NCBI GenBank assembly: GCA_028534125.1
Contig: CM052816.1
Span: forward strand, 12,774,001-12,838,000
Direction: 5' to 3'
Source of the DNA: Lama glama
Taxonomy: Eukaryota
DNA length: 64,000 nucleotides
Shown: piece after piece, positions 1 to 13,135 of the stretch
Layout: each line of letters starts with the position of its first letter
Numbering within the stretch: the stretch's first letter is position 1
The notes under the pieces: model-generated
Seen by the model: the letters and a program-made list of their open reading frames with translations, nothing else
What the model was told of the DNA's origin: nothing
Databases searched by the model: none
Made by a program: the position numbers and the translations under genes

Positions 1-514
1 TCTTCTGAGGTTCTTGCTTGCTAGTCATTCCTCCCTGTCTACAGTCTCCTTCTCATTAAGCTTGTGTTTGCCTCCTTTCCAAGAGTCAGCTTCATAAGTG
101 GGAGTGAACCATGAGGACCTAGTTCAGGCCATGCTGGGTCCTGTGCTCACATACTGATTCTGCTGTTGTTGGTTCCATTGCTTTCATTTCTTCATTTCAT
201 AGACCCTCATTTACAAGCGAGGCCATTCGTAGTGACTGCTTTGGCGTTGTTATGAACTAATAAATATTTGTTCTTGGAACAGTACCTGTCACGCTTCTGC
301 TAATAAGGCCCTAACACTGTCCCCTTTAACCATGGACAATTGGACCAGGAATGGCTACCTCCCTGGGAGTAAGGAATTGTCACTCAGTCTAGCAGAGTCA
401 CTTAGCAGAGAGCTCTAGACCTTATAAAAACAGAACGGGGATCAGCATGCTTGAGTTCTAAGTACTGATAAACAAGCAGAGAAGGCTTACTTTGAAAGGA
501 ACTTAATGGGTACA

Positions 515-680
515 AAATGTTGAGCAAAACACTTTGTGTGTATCAACTCGTGTAATCCTTACAACACCATGAGGTAGATACCATTATCATGTAGCGTTCT
601 ACAGACAAGGAAACTGAGGCACAGGTTAGTTAAGATTCAGACCCAGGACGTCTAGTTCCAGAGTCCACACTCTGACCTGC
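515..680 (-). mobile_element. MIR SINE fragment
   Basis: Reverse-complement MIR core: taatccttacaacaccatgaggtag...acagacaaggaaactgaggcacag...ccagagtcc. Confidence 0.75.
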
Positions 681-2164
681 TACGTATACTGATGTTGAGT
701 CCAAGAGTAAATGAGCAAGAGAGTTGAATAGAGGGAAGAACAGAGAAAGAGGAGAGAGGAGAGCCTGTGCCTGGCTGCACGTCTTGGAAGGTCCAGTTCC
801 TACTCATGGATTCAGTGAAATGCTATTACAACATTTCAAGAAACGTTTTCCTTCTGTTTTATCTAGTTTAAATAACTTTCTATTTGCTGATGCGTGGCTC
901 AGGCATTCTGCTTAGTGACAGACGGACGTCTACATTGACCGAGGGGACACCATACTTAGTCAAGCAGCAAATTGCACCCCGTGGTTCTGGCGGTGCCTCT
1001 GGACTGTAAACCAACCCTTCAACACGGAAGGCTGGAGAAAGAGCTCAGGCGCCTGGTGTCAGTTCAAAGTCAGATTCAGGAGTCACCCAGCCACAGAAGG
1101 AACAAGAGGCACAGGTCACTGTTGGAAACAGGATGCAGTAGTTCCCTCCACTTTAGAACTAAGGTTTATTGGAGAACAGATGGTGCCAAGAGACAATTGC
1201 TGCATCTCAATATCACCTCAGAGAATTTACATTCTAGCTTTCTGGCTCCTCACAAATATTCTCTCAGTGCCAGCTTTCACTGTTCAAGTAAATGGGTACT
1301 TTGAATTGGACAGACGATATTTCAAATCAGGAATTCAGGCATCTCCATGGAGATCCAAGTCACCAAAATAGGTCAGAGCCAGACTACGTTAAAAATAAAT
1401 AAATAAATAAAAAGTTACTGGGAAGTCAGGGGAAGAGGAGAGAGACAGCTGTGATGTCCCAGAAAGAAAGAAAGAAGAAACAGACTGTTCCTTTTTCATA
1501 AGAAAATGAGATTTGCTGAAAGCTCTAAAGAATTGAAAACATTACCTCCAGCGACCCAACTACCTCTTGGTGGTGACACATGCCAGTTACAGAAATGCCA
1601 GATGGGGAGAGGAGAAAATTACACTTGACCCACCAAATATAGCTAGCCACTGAGGGGAAAACACTGACATGAAAGTCTCTGAGTCCACACAGTTCGCTCT
1701 GGTGGCCCCACTATTTTGTTCCATTTCTTTAGTTTTATCTAAGCTTTGCTCAAGTCCCAGATGCACGGAAAGAGCTGAATTCCAGGCCTGCTGGCAGTGA
1801 GCCGTGCCTCATTCCTCGTGTGTGAACTCAGTTGCAAAATGAATCTCTCCAAGTGGAAAGAAACAGGCGAGGAAACGGTGGAAATGTGCACAGCTCAGTT
1901 CATGGACAGATTAAGGAGAATGGACTCGGTGAGTTTACAGTAACAAGATGGATTTTGTTTTTCCTCTAGGCAACATAAAAAAGATGAAATTCGTGACCAC
2001 AATAAATGTCATGCTAATTAACTACTACAGTGCACCATTTCGCTATGAGTCTAATCCCTGTATGAACAAAACTAGTTGGGAGGATTGTAAAGACATCAAA
2101 ATATAAGACTCCAGGGATTTCTAAGCTGGGGGTGATTATTATCTGCCACAGTATGAGCAAGGAC

Positions 2165-2602
2165 TTTTTTAAAAAATATTTTTATTGAAGCGTAGTTGAT
2201 TTACAATGTTAGCTTCAGGTGCACAGCAAAGTGATTCAGTTATACAGATACATACGTACATATTTTTTCTTTTCAGATTCTTTTCCATTATATGTTATTA
2301 CAAGAAATTGAATATAGTTTCCTGTGCTATACAGTAGGTCCTTGTTGATTATTATTATCTATATAGTAACGTGTGTCTGTCAATCCCCAACCCCTAATTT
2401 ATCTCTCTCCGCCCTTTCCCCTTTGGTAACCATAGTTTGTTTTCTACGTCCATGAGTCTGGTTTTGGTTTGTAAATAGAATTTGGAATTTTTTTTTTTTT
2501 AGATTCCACGTACAAGTGATACCATAATGGTATTCTTCTTTCCCTTCCTGGCTTACTTCACTTAGAATGACAATCTCCAAGTCCACCCATGTTGCTGCAA
2601 AT
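2165..2602 (-). mobile_element. LINE-1 3' end (ORF2 C-terminus + 3'UTR), artiodactyl-type, 5'-truncated
   Basis: T-rich left end; tttattgaagcgtagttgatttacaatgtt; cctgtgctatacagtaggtccttgttg; ORF 2380-2586 starts MDLEIVILSEVSQ, the L1 ORF2p C-terminal motif; homologous to copies at 44378, 53352 and 55717. Confidence 0.93.
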
Positions 2603-3127
2603 TAGCCTGCTAGATTTTAATCATTCTGTGTTAGCTTGCTGCATCTTAAAAGAAAAAGCATTTTTATTTTCCTACCTGCCAGGCTATGTGTTCCACTCTC
2701 ATTCTCTGACTTTTCAAGTTCCCAGATCACTCTGCCCATGATTTCGTCCAGTCCAACTGTTTTATTTTTCACATTAGATTAGTGTTACATTGGAATAGGA
2801 ATCAAGAGAGAGGAGTCATGATTGACGGAGTTTGGGGGGTGTGTTAGAAGATGCACAGGAGAGAAAATGGGCCTATAGGCAGAGAAGGGCCGCAGAGACT
2901 CACTGCAGGGGCCTGTGACCTCTGTAGTCACCAAGGGCCCTGTCTCAGAGGTGTCAGATTAGAAGCCATTTGTCTCAGAGGACTTGGGAAGGTGAGATGG
3001 GATGGGACCCCATGCACAAGGAGAGGCGTTCTCTTTGGTAGGAGGAGGGCTGCGGCTTCCATTTTCACAGACGGGAATTCAGAATGGACAGTGGGAACAT
3101 GAGATGCTTCTGATCTTACTGGATCTT

Positions 3128-3142
3128 CCCCCCCCCCCCCCC
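3128..3142. repeat. C15 homopolymer
   Basis: 15 consecutive C. Confidence 0.95.
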
Positions 3143-3449
3143 GTGAAGTCTGAGGCAAAGTTACCAACTGAACATAGAGAAAAGGGTGTGATAGAGATCT
3201 GAGGAAAGAGAAAATACGAAATATCTGTCTCACAGAGTGGGAAAGTCAGTTTACTGAAGACGTGCACAGGAGCATCTTGCAGTATTCAGTGCCCATCTAA
3301 CATCTGTGATCATAAATTTGAAGTGCGTCCAGTTAGTATGGTCGCCTAACTTTCTTCCAGTAAAATGTATCTGCATAGGAGCCCATGTGCATTTAAAGCA
3401 TACTGGAGTGTAATTATGGTTGGTGTTTCCCAGGCAAGTTTAACAGAGA

Positions 3450-3940
3450 GAGCGTGGGGCAAAGAAGTTAAGGAGTTTTAAAGGCAGTTATCTGAGTGGT
3501 GCATCATGAGATTTGGGCTGGATAAAGAGGAAAGTTAGGACATAAAAGGGGTGACAGCTCATAAAAATGATAGCAATGGAGAACTCTGTGAGGTTAAATA
3601 ACTTAGAGAGGGAAAATTAGCATGAAAGTACTGGAAAGATGAACAGAAAGTTCAGAGTTTGAAGTAGAGATTTTAAAAGCGGCACAGTTTCTGATGATAA
3701 AAAAAATCATCATCTAGAAAGTGACCTTGTGGATCGGTGGCTAAGGTGAGGTAGAGAATCAATCATATGAGCCAAGGAACTGAGAAGCCAAAATGGTGGA
3801 TGGGCCATCATGTGGGTGCTGGAGTCATCAGTCATGATGCCAGAAGTAGTCCTAGAGGAGAGGTAAGTCAGGCGCCCAAGGTGTTGATGAATAACAAAGG
3901 GTTACAAGAAGTTCAGAAGATAACAGGAGGGGTAGGGTGA
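3450..3940 (-). mobile_element. Highly decayed L2 LINE internal fragment (tentative)
   Basis: Purine-rich plus strand typical of antisense L2; reverse complement near 3810-3840 resembles the endonuclease GDFN-H region. Confidence 0.4.
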
Positions 3941-4156
3941 TCAAGTCTCCATGTTTCATTGTGAATGACTTCTCAGTACTCGGAGGTGGTTTCAATTTGG
4001 CCAGTGAAAGGGGAGCTTGGGTGCCCTTACAGCCCTGGGAAGTGTAAGAGTGTTACTTAAAATAAAGGGCCAACCCAGGATGCAGAAGGCAGAGGGAGGA
4101 GTCACCGAGGATAAACTTGTCTACATGTGGACCGGCAGACTGGCAGTGTTTAATCT

Positions 4157-4160
<4 letters not shown>

Positions 4161-4210
<50 letters not shown>
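4161..4210. repeat. (TG)25 microsatellite
   Basis: Perfect TG run of 50 bp. Confidence 0.98.
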
Positions 4211-4213
<3 letters not shown>

Positions 4214-6329
4214 ATATATACGCATATGCTAAGGCACTCTCTGGGGATGGCAGAACACATATAATGGAACCAAACAGGTCACCAGGTAGCCAGAGTTCAC
4301 TCTTAATTCCATCCCCAGAACGTCTGCCTCAAGGCAATGATATAGACATCCTCTGAGATATTGGCTCTAAGAATACTTGGGAATGGCCATCCTTAGGTAC
4401 TGAAAGCTGGGCATCGGAGGGTTTCTGAGTCTGAGCCCAGCCCAGCTTGTGCTCTTCATCTGCAAAGACTTTCTTTGCCCTCAGCATCTTCTCTTGCTGC
4501 CAAGTGCCATCTGTGTTGGTCCATGTTCATAAAATAAGAGGATAACTTGATGCTCTGAAAGCAAGATGTGGTCACTGACTGGGAGCCCTTCAACCAGAAA
4601 ATTAGAGCCCACGGTAAAAAACCTTAGGTAAGCAAAAGAACATGGCTTCTGTGTTGCATTTAGTGTGAAATGCTACCCAGGGCAAAGGACAATTCAGAGA
4701 GAAGTGTATAATTATAAACGTACAAAGAAAAATGTACACTGAAGCTTTCTAGACTCCAGGGAAGTCAGTCAGTAATTCGTTTTGGAGAAACTGCCTACGG
4801 TTCAGTTTGGAAGAACTTGAGTTATATGGTTTGCATTATTACCAAGCTTGGCTCTTTTACCATTTCTGTCTGAGCTGGTGGATATCACCTTGTCAGTGAA
4901 GGGGACGTTGAAAGGCAAAGGCGAAGCACCGGGCCAGCTTTTCTCAGGAAAGTGACTCAGGATCTCAGGATTGTTTTGTCTAGCACGTTCTGGAATGGGG
5001 CTTTGGGATGAGCTTCCCCAGTCCATGAACTACCATTCACTCCAGTCCATTTATCAAGGGTGCTCAAACTAGGTGACGTGTAGACCAAACAACTGGTTAC
5101 TTTCACGTTTTGCTCCACTTTTATAGCAGTATGCAGACTCATGATAAGGTCAGCTGTTTGGGTGGATTGGAAATATAATATCAACATACACGTTCCCAGG
5201 GTTGACTTCCCATCTATTAGACGAGTGGGTTGAGCTAGAAATTCTTTAAAATCCTCCCCAGCCCCCAAATTCTAGGATTCTGATTCACTGCATCCTCTTG
5301 GCCCAAATTAGCACAACTTGGCAAACGGAGGAGGGGAGACGTAGTCTAGTGAGTGTAACTTTAAATTGAGAATGAGGAAAGCGTTTGTAGTGCCTTAGCG
5401 GAGTATGAGTGGGGTCCTTGAAGAAGACAGACTCAATTTCATAAGGTTATTGTGGTCGATCATTAAATGAGATACTCTTTGCTGGCATGGAGAGAGTATA
5501 TGACTTCTGTTGATAACCAGCTGGAGCAGAACTCAAATCCAGGTGATTGTCTGGGGCCAAGGCAGAATCCATCCTAACCAGTTTAAATAGCGATTTATTT
5601 ATTTTGACTGCTCGGTAACCCACAGGCATGGAGACTACACAGATGGGGAAAGAAGTCTCAAGCAAACCCCTGACTGCCCCAGCGGACTCTCTCCTCTAAC
5701 TGTCAGGCACATCCCCAGCAACGATTTTCGCCCCTGGGCTCCTCCTAGAAACTCCTCGTCTGCTGTTCCTGGATGCTGGCCTCCTCTGTCATACCAAAAG
5801 GAATTCCTCTCTGTGCCTGCTAATTTGTGTCTCTAACTTCCAACTCAGGTCTTGGGTGGGGGCATCTGACTTGCCTGGGATCCAACTGTAAGAGAGATTG
5901 AGAAAGTCAATTTCCAGCATCTGTCTTGGAGAGACGCAGACTCAAAAGGTGGGCTATTTTCAGAGAGAGAGGAACTTCAAAATGTGCTGCCATTCCCAAA
6001 ATAATAACAAATGGCTCCCAAACATAGTGCTTCAAAAGCTGACAAATTACAAATTACTTCCAAGTTACTTTCATTTGATTCTTTGGAAAGGAGTAATAAT
6101 GAGAAAGAAAGATGGTAGTCCCCATTCTTCCAAAAGGGGAAACCATTTCTCAGGCGTGGAAATCCTACAGAGGCCAAGGGCTGGACCTAAATCCCTCTTG
6201 CTAATGAGGGTGGAGTCAGTGCTAAAACTAAGCTCTCTCTGTCAGTGGTCCTTTGTTTACTGTCATGGGCCTTCTTACTTTGGATGGTATTTGCTGTTGG
6301 TCATTTATAAAGAGTGTTTCTTTTTTCTG

Positions 6330-6900
6330 ACTCTGAAACTATGCATTGTTATTATATATAATTCACAAAATGCAGAAAAATTTAGAAGTAAAGCAACAAT
6401 TCACCTGGAATCTCACCAACTACAGATAACACGTATTTTTATCATAAAAATTGGGATCGAACAATATGCAAGTTTCTGTTTCTTGCTCTTCCCCCTAACA
6501 TTGTATCAGGGACCTTTCTCCATGTTGTTAAAAGTCTTCCAAAATGTAATTTAAGTTGACTACGTAATAATTTCATTGTACATGCCAAAAGTAATTTACT
6601 TAATTCTTAGTTGTAGGACACATCACTGGAGTTTTGCTATTATGAATAACAGTGATAAACGTCATTATTATGTAAATTTTATATACATAATATATAAAAA
6701 TAGATTCATAGATAATTATAGGAAATATATATTTATAATGTCTAAATATATATAGTATTTAAATATATCTGTACACGTATATGTAGTTATTTCCTTAAGT
6801 TGGACTCACAGAAACGCAATTCCTAGATCAAACTGATTTGCTATGTATGAATGGAATTCTTTCCTTGCAACCTCAACAATACTAGGGCAGCTTGATTTTT
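6330..6900 (-). mobile_element. Old L1M 3' fragment with AT-rich low-complexity centre
   Basis: Antisense L1ME-like phrases (tttgctattatgaataacagtgataaac; atttccttaag...aattcctagatcaa); TA-rich tract about 6660-6790. Confidence 0.55.
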
Positions 6901-7044
6901 GCCCCTTGTAGATGACTTGCTTTTGTTTGTTTATATTTATTTTCACATGTGTATTTTTGTTGAATTTTGTTTTCTTTACCTGGGTAACTACCAATGTTTG
7001 CCAAGATTTATTTAGGCACAGACTTCTCTTGATTGTTACAAGGC

Positions 7045-7250
7045 AGTGGTTAGAAGCCTTGGCTCCAGTACTGGACCAGCAGGCAATGAGTCCTGGCTTT
7101 GCAGTATACTTCTGTGACCTCCAGCAGGATAGAGACTTCTCTGTGAGTCAGTTGCCTTATCTGTAAAGTGCAGACCATAATTTCATATAGCTGTGAGTTC
7201 ATGAAATTAATATGAATAAAGTCTTTAGACAAATGGTCAAGAAATCTTTG
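7045..7250 (+). mobile_element. MIR SINE
   Basis: gagtcctggctttgc...tgtgacctcc...cttctctgtgagtcagttgccttatctgtaaagtg core. Confidence 0.7.
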
Positions 7251-10159
7251 TTATGACTACTATCCAGTATTTTCTAGTATGCTAGTCCATTCTTTGCTCA
7301 TCTCTGAAAAATTTCCTGTACCCCCCATCATTTCTTACTCTGATGCGTATGCTCCAGTCACTCTAGCTTGTTCTTCGTGAATTCCTCTAATTCTCGGGTA
7401 TCTCTCTGTTCTTTCTTCTCCCTACTCACCACCTTCCTTTCATCCTTTGATCTTTTTATATTTTTCTTCTGTATCCTCAGAAAGCACTTCCAAGGGTGTC
7501 CTCCACGTTACTAATTCCATTGTCTAAACTGACAAGCCTGATTGAACTACCTCCAATATGGACTTTGATGGTCTTATTACAATTTTACAGTTCTCGTCTC
7601 CTTGCAATTCCTAACTGTATCCAGCTCCCTTTTTATCTTGACTCATTATCTTCACACTGTATCCTGTTTTCATCTCAGCTTAATCTCCTGATAATGTCCT
7701 TCTCCTGTTTCATTTAGATCATATCTTGCAACAGCCTATTAATGATGTCAACTGATATTCTAAAATTTTCTTCTGAGTTCTGTAAAACTCATTATAAGAA
7801 GTCTGAAGAGTTTTTTTCTTTCCATTGGTTTGCAGTACGTTTCCATAAGACCCTTTGTGTGTTTTGGGTTCTTTTTATTCATCCTCAGGCGAGGGAAGAT
7901 CTTTTGGAACCCAGCAACTGTCTATAGACTGATTGTGCGGGTCTCCCTCGTCCCTGTCATCATGCCCCTGGGTGTTGATCAGATTCTCGTCTAAGTCCTT
8001 CTGGTTGCCGTTTCTAACTTGCAGCTCAGTTCCCAGTGTCAAATAGCCGTGCATCTAGTGTGACTCTATTGCACGGAACTAAGATTTTTTTCCCCACATG
8101 CACGGTCTGGTTCTTTGATGTTCTAAACTAATGAGGGATTTGAAAAACCAAAATTCCTAGCATGCATTGTTCCTAGGGTTTTTCTGTCTTTACAGGAACC
8201 ATATTCCAGGATACAATGTAAAATTAATTAATTAATTAACAGTTCCAACCACTCCTTTCCAGCCAGTTATTTTGTGAAAGTTGTTCATAAATGGATATAG
8301 AGAAGTGGGACAAAGAGAACCTTCAAAGGCTGTAGCCTTGCATTCAAGGCTGACCAGTTTTCCTTTTGGTAGAGATTCCGGGTCTTTGAACCAGGGAGCT
8401 GGCCATGGAGGAAGGATAGTTCCTCTGCCATCTTTCTGTAATTGAAAAGCCTGTTTCAAGAGGTGAAATACAGATACAGTTCTTCTTAATCGAGTTCCCT
8501 AAGCCAGCCCCGTTGACCTTAGGTGTAGTGGAAAGCGATCCTCGATTCCAGCCGTGGGTGTCCTTTCCCTATTAGTCGTCGATGTGGCTGGTTTGCATCT
8601 TCTTCTGTCTTCTTCGGTAAAGTGAGCAGTCAGGATGAGTTGCCCAGGGACTGCTGGCTGTACACATTTTACAAGTGAAAACTTCACCTGTTTATCTTTA
8701 AAACGCTCAACGTAAACACAGTTTTCTGCACGACAGCTCCCCTTGACTTAGTGGTCTCCCCCAGCTCTTCTTCGTTTTACCTCTTTGCTGCCTCGTCATT
8801 ACATTTTGCTCTGTCTCCCGTTGATATGTGTGCCATCTTTCCCCCACCAAGCAGTGAGCTTCCTGAGGGCAGCAACCATGCCTGGGTCTTCGGTATATCT
8901 GTTGCCCTGCCTTGCAGAGAGGAGTGCTCTAAAATCTCTGGGTGAGCAATGAGAAGGTTGCAACAGAGAGACTCTGTGGATGCACTTGTGACAACAGAAG
9001 AAAAGCTTGGGCATCAGCTCCCCCTAGGGTCATACCAAAGGGGTTTAAAGCAATTTGAACTAACACAATGGCAAAAATATGTCTTGTGTTCCTACTACAT
9101 GAAAGGTATTTGGGATTACAGGATAGCTACGCCTTGTCTGCTGCCCTGTCCGGTGCGGACAGGAAACAGCCCATGTGTGAGCAGCTCCCATACAAGGCCG
9201 ACCAAGGAGATGCTTTATGAGAGAATCAAATAAAGCATAGAACTCAGATGAAGAGGATTATTTCCACTTCCTCACCCAACAAACATTTGTTAAAGACCGA
9301 CTCCAAGGCAAAGTAATAAGCACAAAGCATTCTTCTGATTCTGAGGAGCGGACCTGTCAGAGGAGCCGAAAGACTACACTTAATTTACTTGAATAATGGG
9401 GAGGAGAGCCCACAGCCCTCTGCAGTCCTCCATCTCGGGGAGCCCACAGCCCTGGGTCCTCAGCTCACAGGTAGGCAGACAGACAGAACGCCGGAATCAG
9501 GGGGCCAAGGTCGGCCTCGACGCGTCTGTTGTCTGGGATGTTCTCTTCTTGCTTCCCACTCAGTTAAGAAAATGCCTTTTCCTTTTTTGGCAACAGCGTT
9601 GTTTATTACAGGAGAAACTGAGTTGTCACCCGGGGTGTCTGCATTGATGTGTTACCACAAATAGCCTGTGCCTCCTTAAGCCCGTTCTTAGTTGTAACTC
9701 AGTTCTGTTGCTGGAAACAGCTTTGCCTGTTTTTCCGATGAGACAATTTGCTGCATTCGACATTTAGCTGATCTCTCATACTTCCTTCTTTTTCGTTGAA
9801 AGAGAAAAGCTTTTTCGAGAGGCTAGCGTCTAGCTAGCGATGAAAAGACAAGGAGTGATTAATGGTATCAGGGCAACAAGGCAGATGAATAACCTCATAG
9901 TTTTTAATCACCCTGTGTATTTGTAAAGGAAGCAGGAGGTGGTCTATGGCCCATTTTAAAGACCTGTAAACCAAGACACAGAGCAGGAAAAGTACAGGTC
10001 ATGGGTCAGTCAGTAACTTAGAGCAATGAGGCATCGTGGGTTTTGTTTCACACCCTGTCAGCTGCAGTATCTGGCTGTCGCCTGTGTTAGAAACACCACG
10101 CATTTTCTGAAGGGCAAGGATGCACAGTATTCTAATGGTCATAGTAGCGGCCAACTGGA

Positions 10160-10378
10160 TCGACCTCTGTGTCAGGCACTGTGCTAAGTGCTTTTTACAC
10201 TTTATCTCACTTAATCCATACAACAGTGCTGCAAAATGGGCATTATTTCCATTTCAGTGGTGAGGAAATGAAGGCTTATAGACGGCGATTGCCCTGGTTA
10301 ACATACCTAGTCTGCGGGACACTGGGGATCTGGACACACTTCTGACTTCAGAGCCTGCGTGCAACCACACTGTACTGT
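10160..10378 (-). mobile_element. MIR SINE
   Basis: tgtgtcaggcactgtgctaagtgcttt...cttaatccatacaacag...tgaggaaatgaaggctt. Confidence 0.8.
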
Positions 10379-10859
10379 CTTGAGACCATCAAGTGTCAAC
10401 TCCTTACTTTATTTTTTGTCAGATCTGTAACCCAGAGAAATCACAGCTCACTCAAAGCCTTACAAAAAGTTGGTGAGAGAAGTAGAACTAAAAATGCAAA
10501 TTTCTTGATTTCCGGAAGGCTCCTCTTGCTGGGAGCAAGGTTGGTAGCGGGGAGGCATTTCTGTGCTGTAGATTAAGTGCTCCAATCAGTACCGTTTCGC
10601 TGAATGTCAGAGTAGGAACACAGCATATCTGGCATTTTTTACAGAAAAGATGTGGAACATGTCTATTTAGGAAAGTTATTTCCAAACTCTGTTACCTATT
10701 TCAACTTAAAAGAGATTGGCAGCTTAAAAAGTGTAACGTGAAGACGACTTGCTGCAGCCCAGGTCATTTTCTTATGCTGAGTCTGATGTAAGGAATTTCT
10801 GAACATCAGTGGGAATGGAAACACCACTCTCCTGATCAGGACGTACATCCCCGAGAACT

Positions 10860-11095
10860 CTGTGCAGTGAAGGGAGCCTGGTATTTGGGGTCAGAAGCCT
10901 GGGGCTAAAGTCCCATTCTTTTTCCTCTCTGGGTGAGCTTGGTTGAGTGCTTTACCCTCTCTCACTCTTGGTTTTCTCACTGCAGGATAGATATAGTTAT
11001 GGCATTTATAGATCACTTACTTAAGGAATGGTTAAAATAAGGCATGTGAAAAGCAATTGGCAAACAGGAAGGGTATACAAATGTTGGTTTCTATT
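10860..11095 (+). mobile_element. MIR SINE
   Basis: ggggtcagaagcctgggg...gtgagcttgg...ttaccctctctcactcttggttttctcactg...aaatgttgg. Confidence 0.65.
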
Positions 11096-11259
11096 CTTAA
11101 GAAGTACCATTTTCATCCTAAATTAAAAAAAAATCATACTTGTTTTAACTATGTTTTTTTTTCCATTTGTAGTTGTGATTTCACTCATTTTTACATACAT
11201 CATTAAGACATCTGCCTTGCCTCACACTGGGTAGGTTATAAAAATATATAAATATTAGA

Positions 11260-11385
11260 GGGGAGGATATAGCTCAAGTGGTAGAGCGCATGTCTAGCAT
11301 GCATGAGGTTCTGGGTTCAATCCCCAGTACCTCCTCTAAGAATAAATAAATAAATAAACCTAATTACCTCCCCCCACCATTGAAA
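11260..11385 (+). mobile_element. tRNA-Ala-derived camelid SINE (vic-1 type)
   Basis: gggaggatatagctcaagtggtagagcgcatgtctagcatgcatgaggttctgggttcaatccccagtacctcc with Pol III A and B boxes, then (AAAT)n-cctaattacctcccc tail shared with the three other copies. Confidence 0.92.
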
Positions 11386-11429
11386 ATATAAATGTATATA
11401 GATAAATTAGAAGGCAGACTCTAACTGCT

Positions 11430-13135
11430 TGTTCATCTTCTACTTTGATGCCTAATAGACATCTCAACATGGTCGAAACTAAACTGATCCTTGCCCCAAA
11501 CCTGCCCCCTTTCCCTCCTCTCTATCCTACTTGATAGCAACTCCATCCTTCTGGGTACCTTGAACAAACACTTTGGAATCCAATTTGACTTCTCTTTTTC
11601 TCTCATGTCCCGCATCCAACCTTTCAGAGAGCCTTATTAGCTCTGTCTTCAAAATATATTGAGACTCAAAATGCATATTTCCACATCCACTCCTGCTACT
11701 GTGGTCTAAGCTACTAGAGTGGGCTGAGTTGTGTCTCCCCAAAAGATACATATAAGTCCCAACCCTCAGTACCTGTGAATGCAACCTTATTTTGATAACA
11801 TCTCTTTGCAGAGTCATCAAGTTAAGGTGAGGTTATTCTGGATTAGGGTGGGCCTTCAACCCTTGACTGATGTCTAAGAGAAAGCAAAGGGATATTTGGA
11901 TACAGAGAGACTTAGAGGGAGAAGACAGCCATGTGACGATGGAGGCAGAGTTAGGAGTGATGCTGGCACAAGCCAAAGAATGCCTGGATCCGCCAGAAGC
12001 TGGAAAAGGCAAAGAAGGACTCTTCTCTGGAGGCTTCAGAAGGAGCATGGTCCTGCCAACACCTTGATTTCAGAATTGCAGCCTTCAGAATACATTCCTC
12101 TTGTTTAATGCCACCAAGTTTATGGTAATCTGTTAAGGCAGCACTAGGAAACTGGTAGAGCCACGATCATGCTATGAACTGGATAAATGCTATAGCTTCT
12201 TAACTAGACTCTTCTTCCACCTGCTTTTCCTAAGTATAGTGTTAACACAGCAGCCAGAGGGTCCTTTCCAAGGCATGAGTAAGGCCATGTCCCTCCTTGA
12301 TTCAAAACTGGCTTCTCATCTCAGGGCAAAGCCCAGAGTTCTGCTAATAGCCTTTGAGCCTCTACAGCACATGCCACTTTCTCCAATGCCCTCTTCATTC
12401 TCCTCTCTCTTATTCACTCTGTTCCAGCCCACTTGGCTTCCTGACTCCTTGTTTCAAATACCCAGGCACACGGCCTCAGGTCATTTGCACTTGCTGTTCC
12501 TTTGGTCCAGAGGTAAGAGTGTGGTATTTAACCACCATGCTCAGGCATGGACCGATCAGGATAAAGGCTGACCAGAGGGCTAGAGTCAAGTCGTGGAGGC
12601 CCTCTGCTTGGTAGTGAGTCCTCCTTTAGTGGTCCACTGCCTGGGGAGGTGGCTGTACCAGGTAGTGCAAACATATCTCAGTATACTCACAAACTCTTTG
12701 GCCTTACTAACCTTCCTGGATGAACGTCAGCTTCCCCTCTGCTATATTTTCTCTTTTTTCAGAAGCCTGCGAGATTTAATCCCTTACCTCCTTTGGGTCT
12801 TTGCTCAAATGCTGCCTTCTCTGTGGGTGCCATTCCAACGACCCTATTTTAAATTGTACCCCTATGCTTCTTATCCAACTCCTCTACTTTCTGTTTTTCT
12901 ATGAAACTTCCAGCTGACATATACAGATACATTTTTGCTTATCTTCCTTATTATAGATAATATTATACATAATAGAATATAAACTATACAGGACAGAGCT
13001 TTTGTTGTTGTGTTGTTTTGTGTGTTCTGCTCTGCATCATTTTTTTGTTCTGTTTAATCACCTGCTGTGAAATCAGCACCTAGAACCGTGCCTGGCCTGC
13101 CAGACACTCAGGGAACAGATGTTCACTGAATGAAC
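11430..13135 (+). mobile_element. L2 LINE 3' portion, interrupted by an MLT1C LTR and a further insert near 12512-12730
   Basis: L2 motifs: aatagacatctcaacat; acacagcagccagagggtccttt; tttgcacttgctgttcc; terminal cacctagaaccgtgcctggc...tgaatgaa. Confidence 0.85.
11715..12159 (+). mobile_element. MaLR solo LTR (MLT1C-like)
   Basis: ttgtgtctccccaaaagatac; gccatgtgacgatggaggcagag; ccagaagctggaaaaggcaa; gccaccaagtttatggtaat...gcagcactaggaaact; 5-bp TSD GCTAC (11710-14)/GCCAC (12160-64). Confidence 0.92.

Noticed and set aside
5898..6554. Longest gap-free ORF (218 aa)
   Set aside because: Non-ATG start, no recognisable domain, and it runs into an antisense L1M relic; consistent with a chance frame
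11260..11335. tRNA-Ala gene (also at 41738-41812, 42740-42815, 51163-51239)
   Set aside because: Shared non-tRNA tail, A-rich ends, TSDs, stem mismatches and no oligo-T terminator identify these as SINEs
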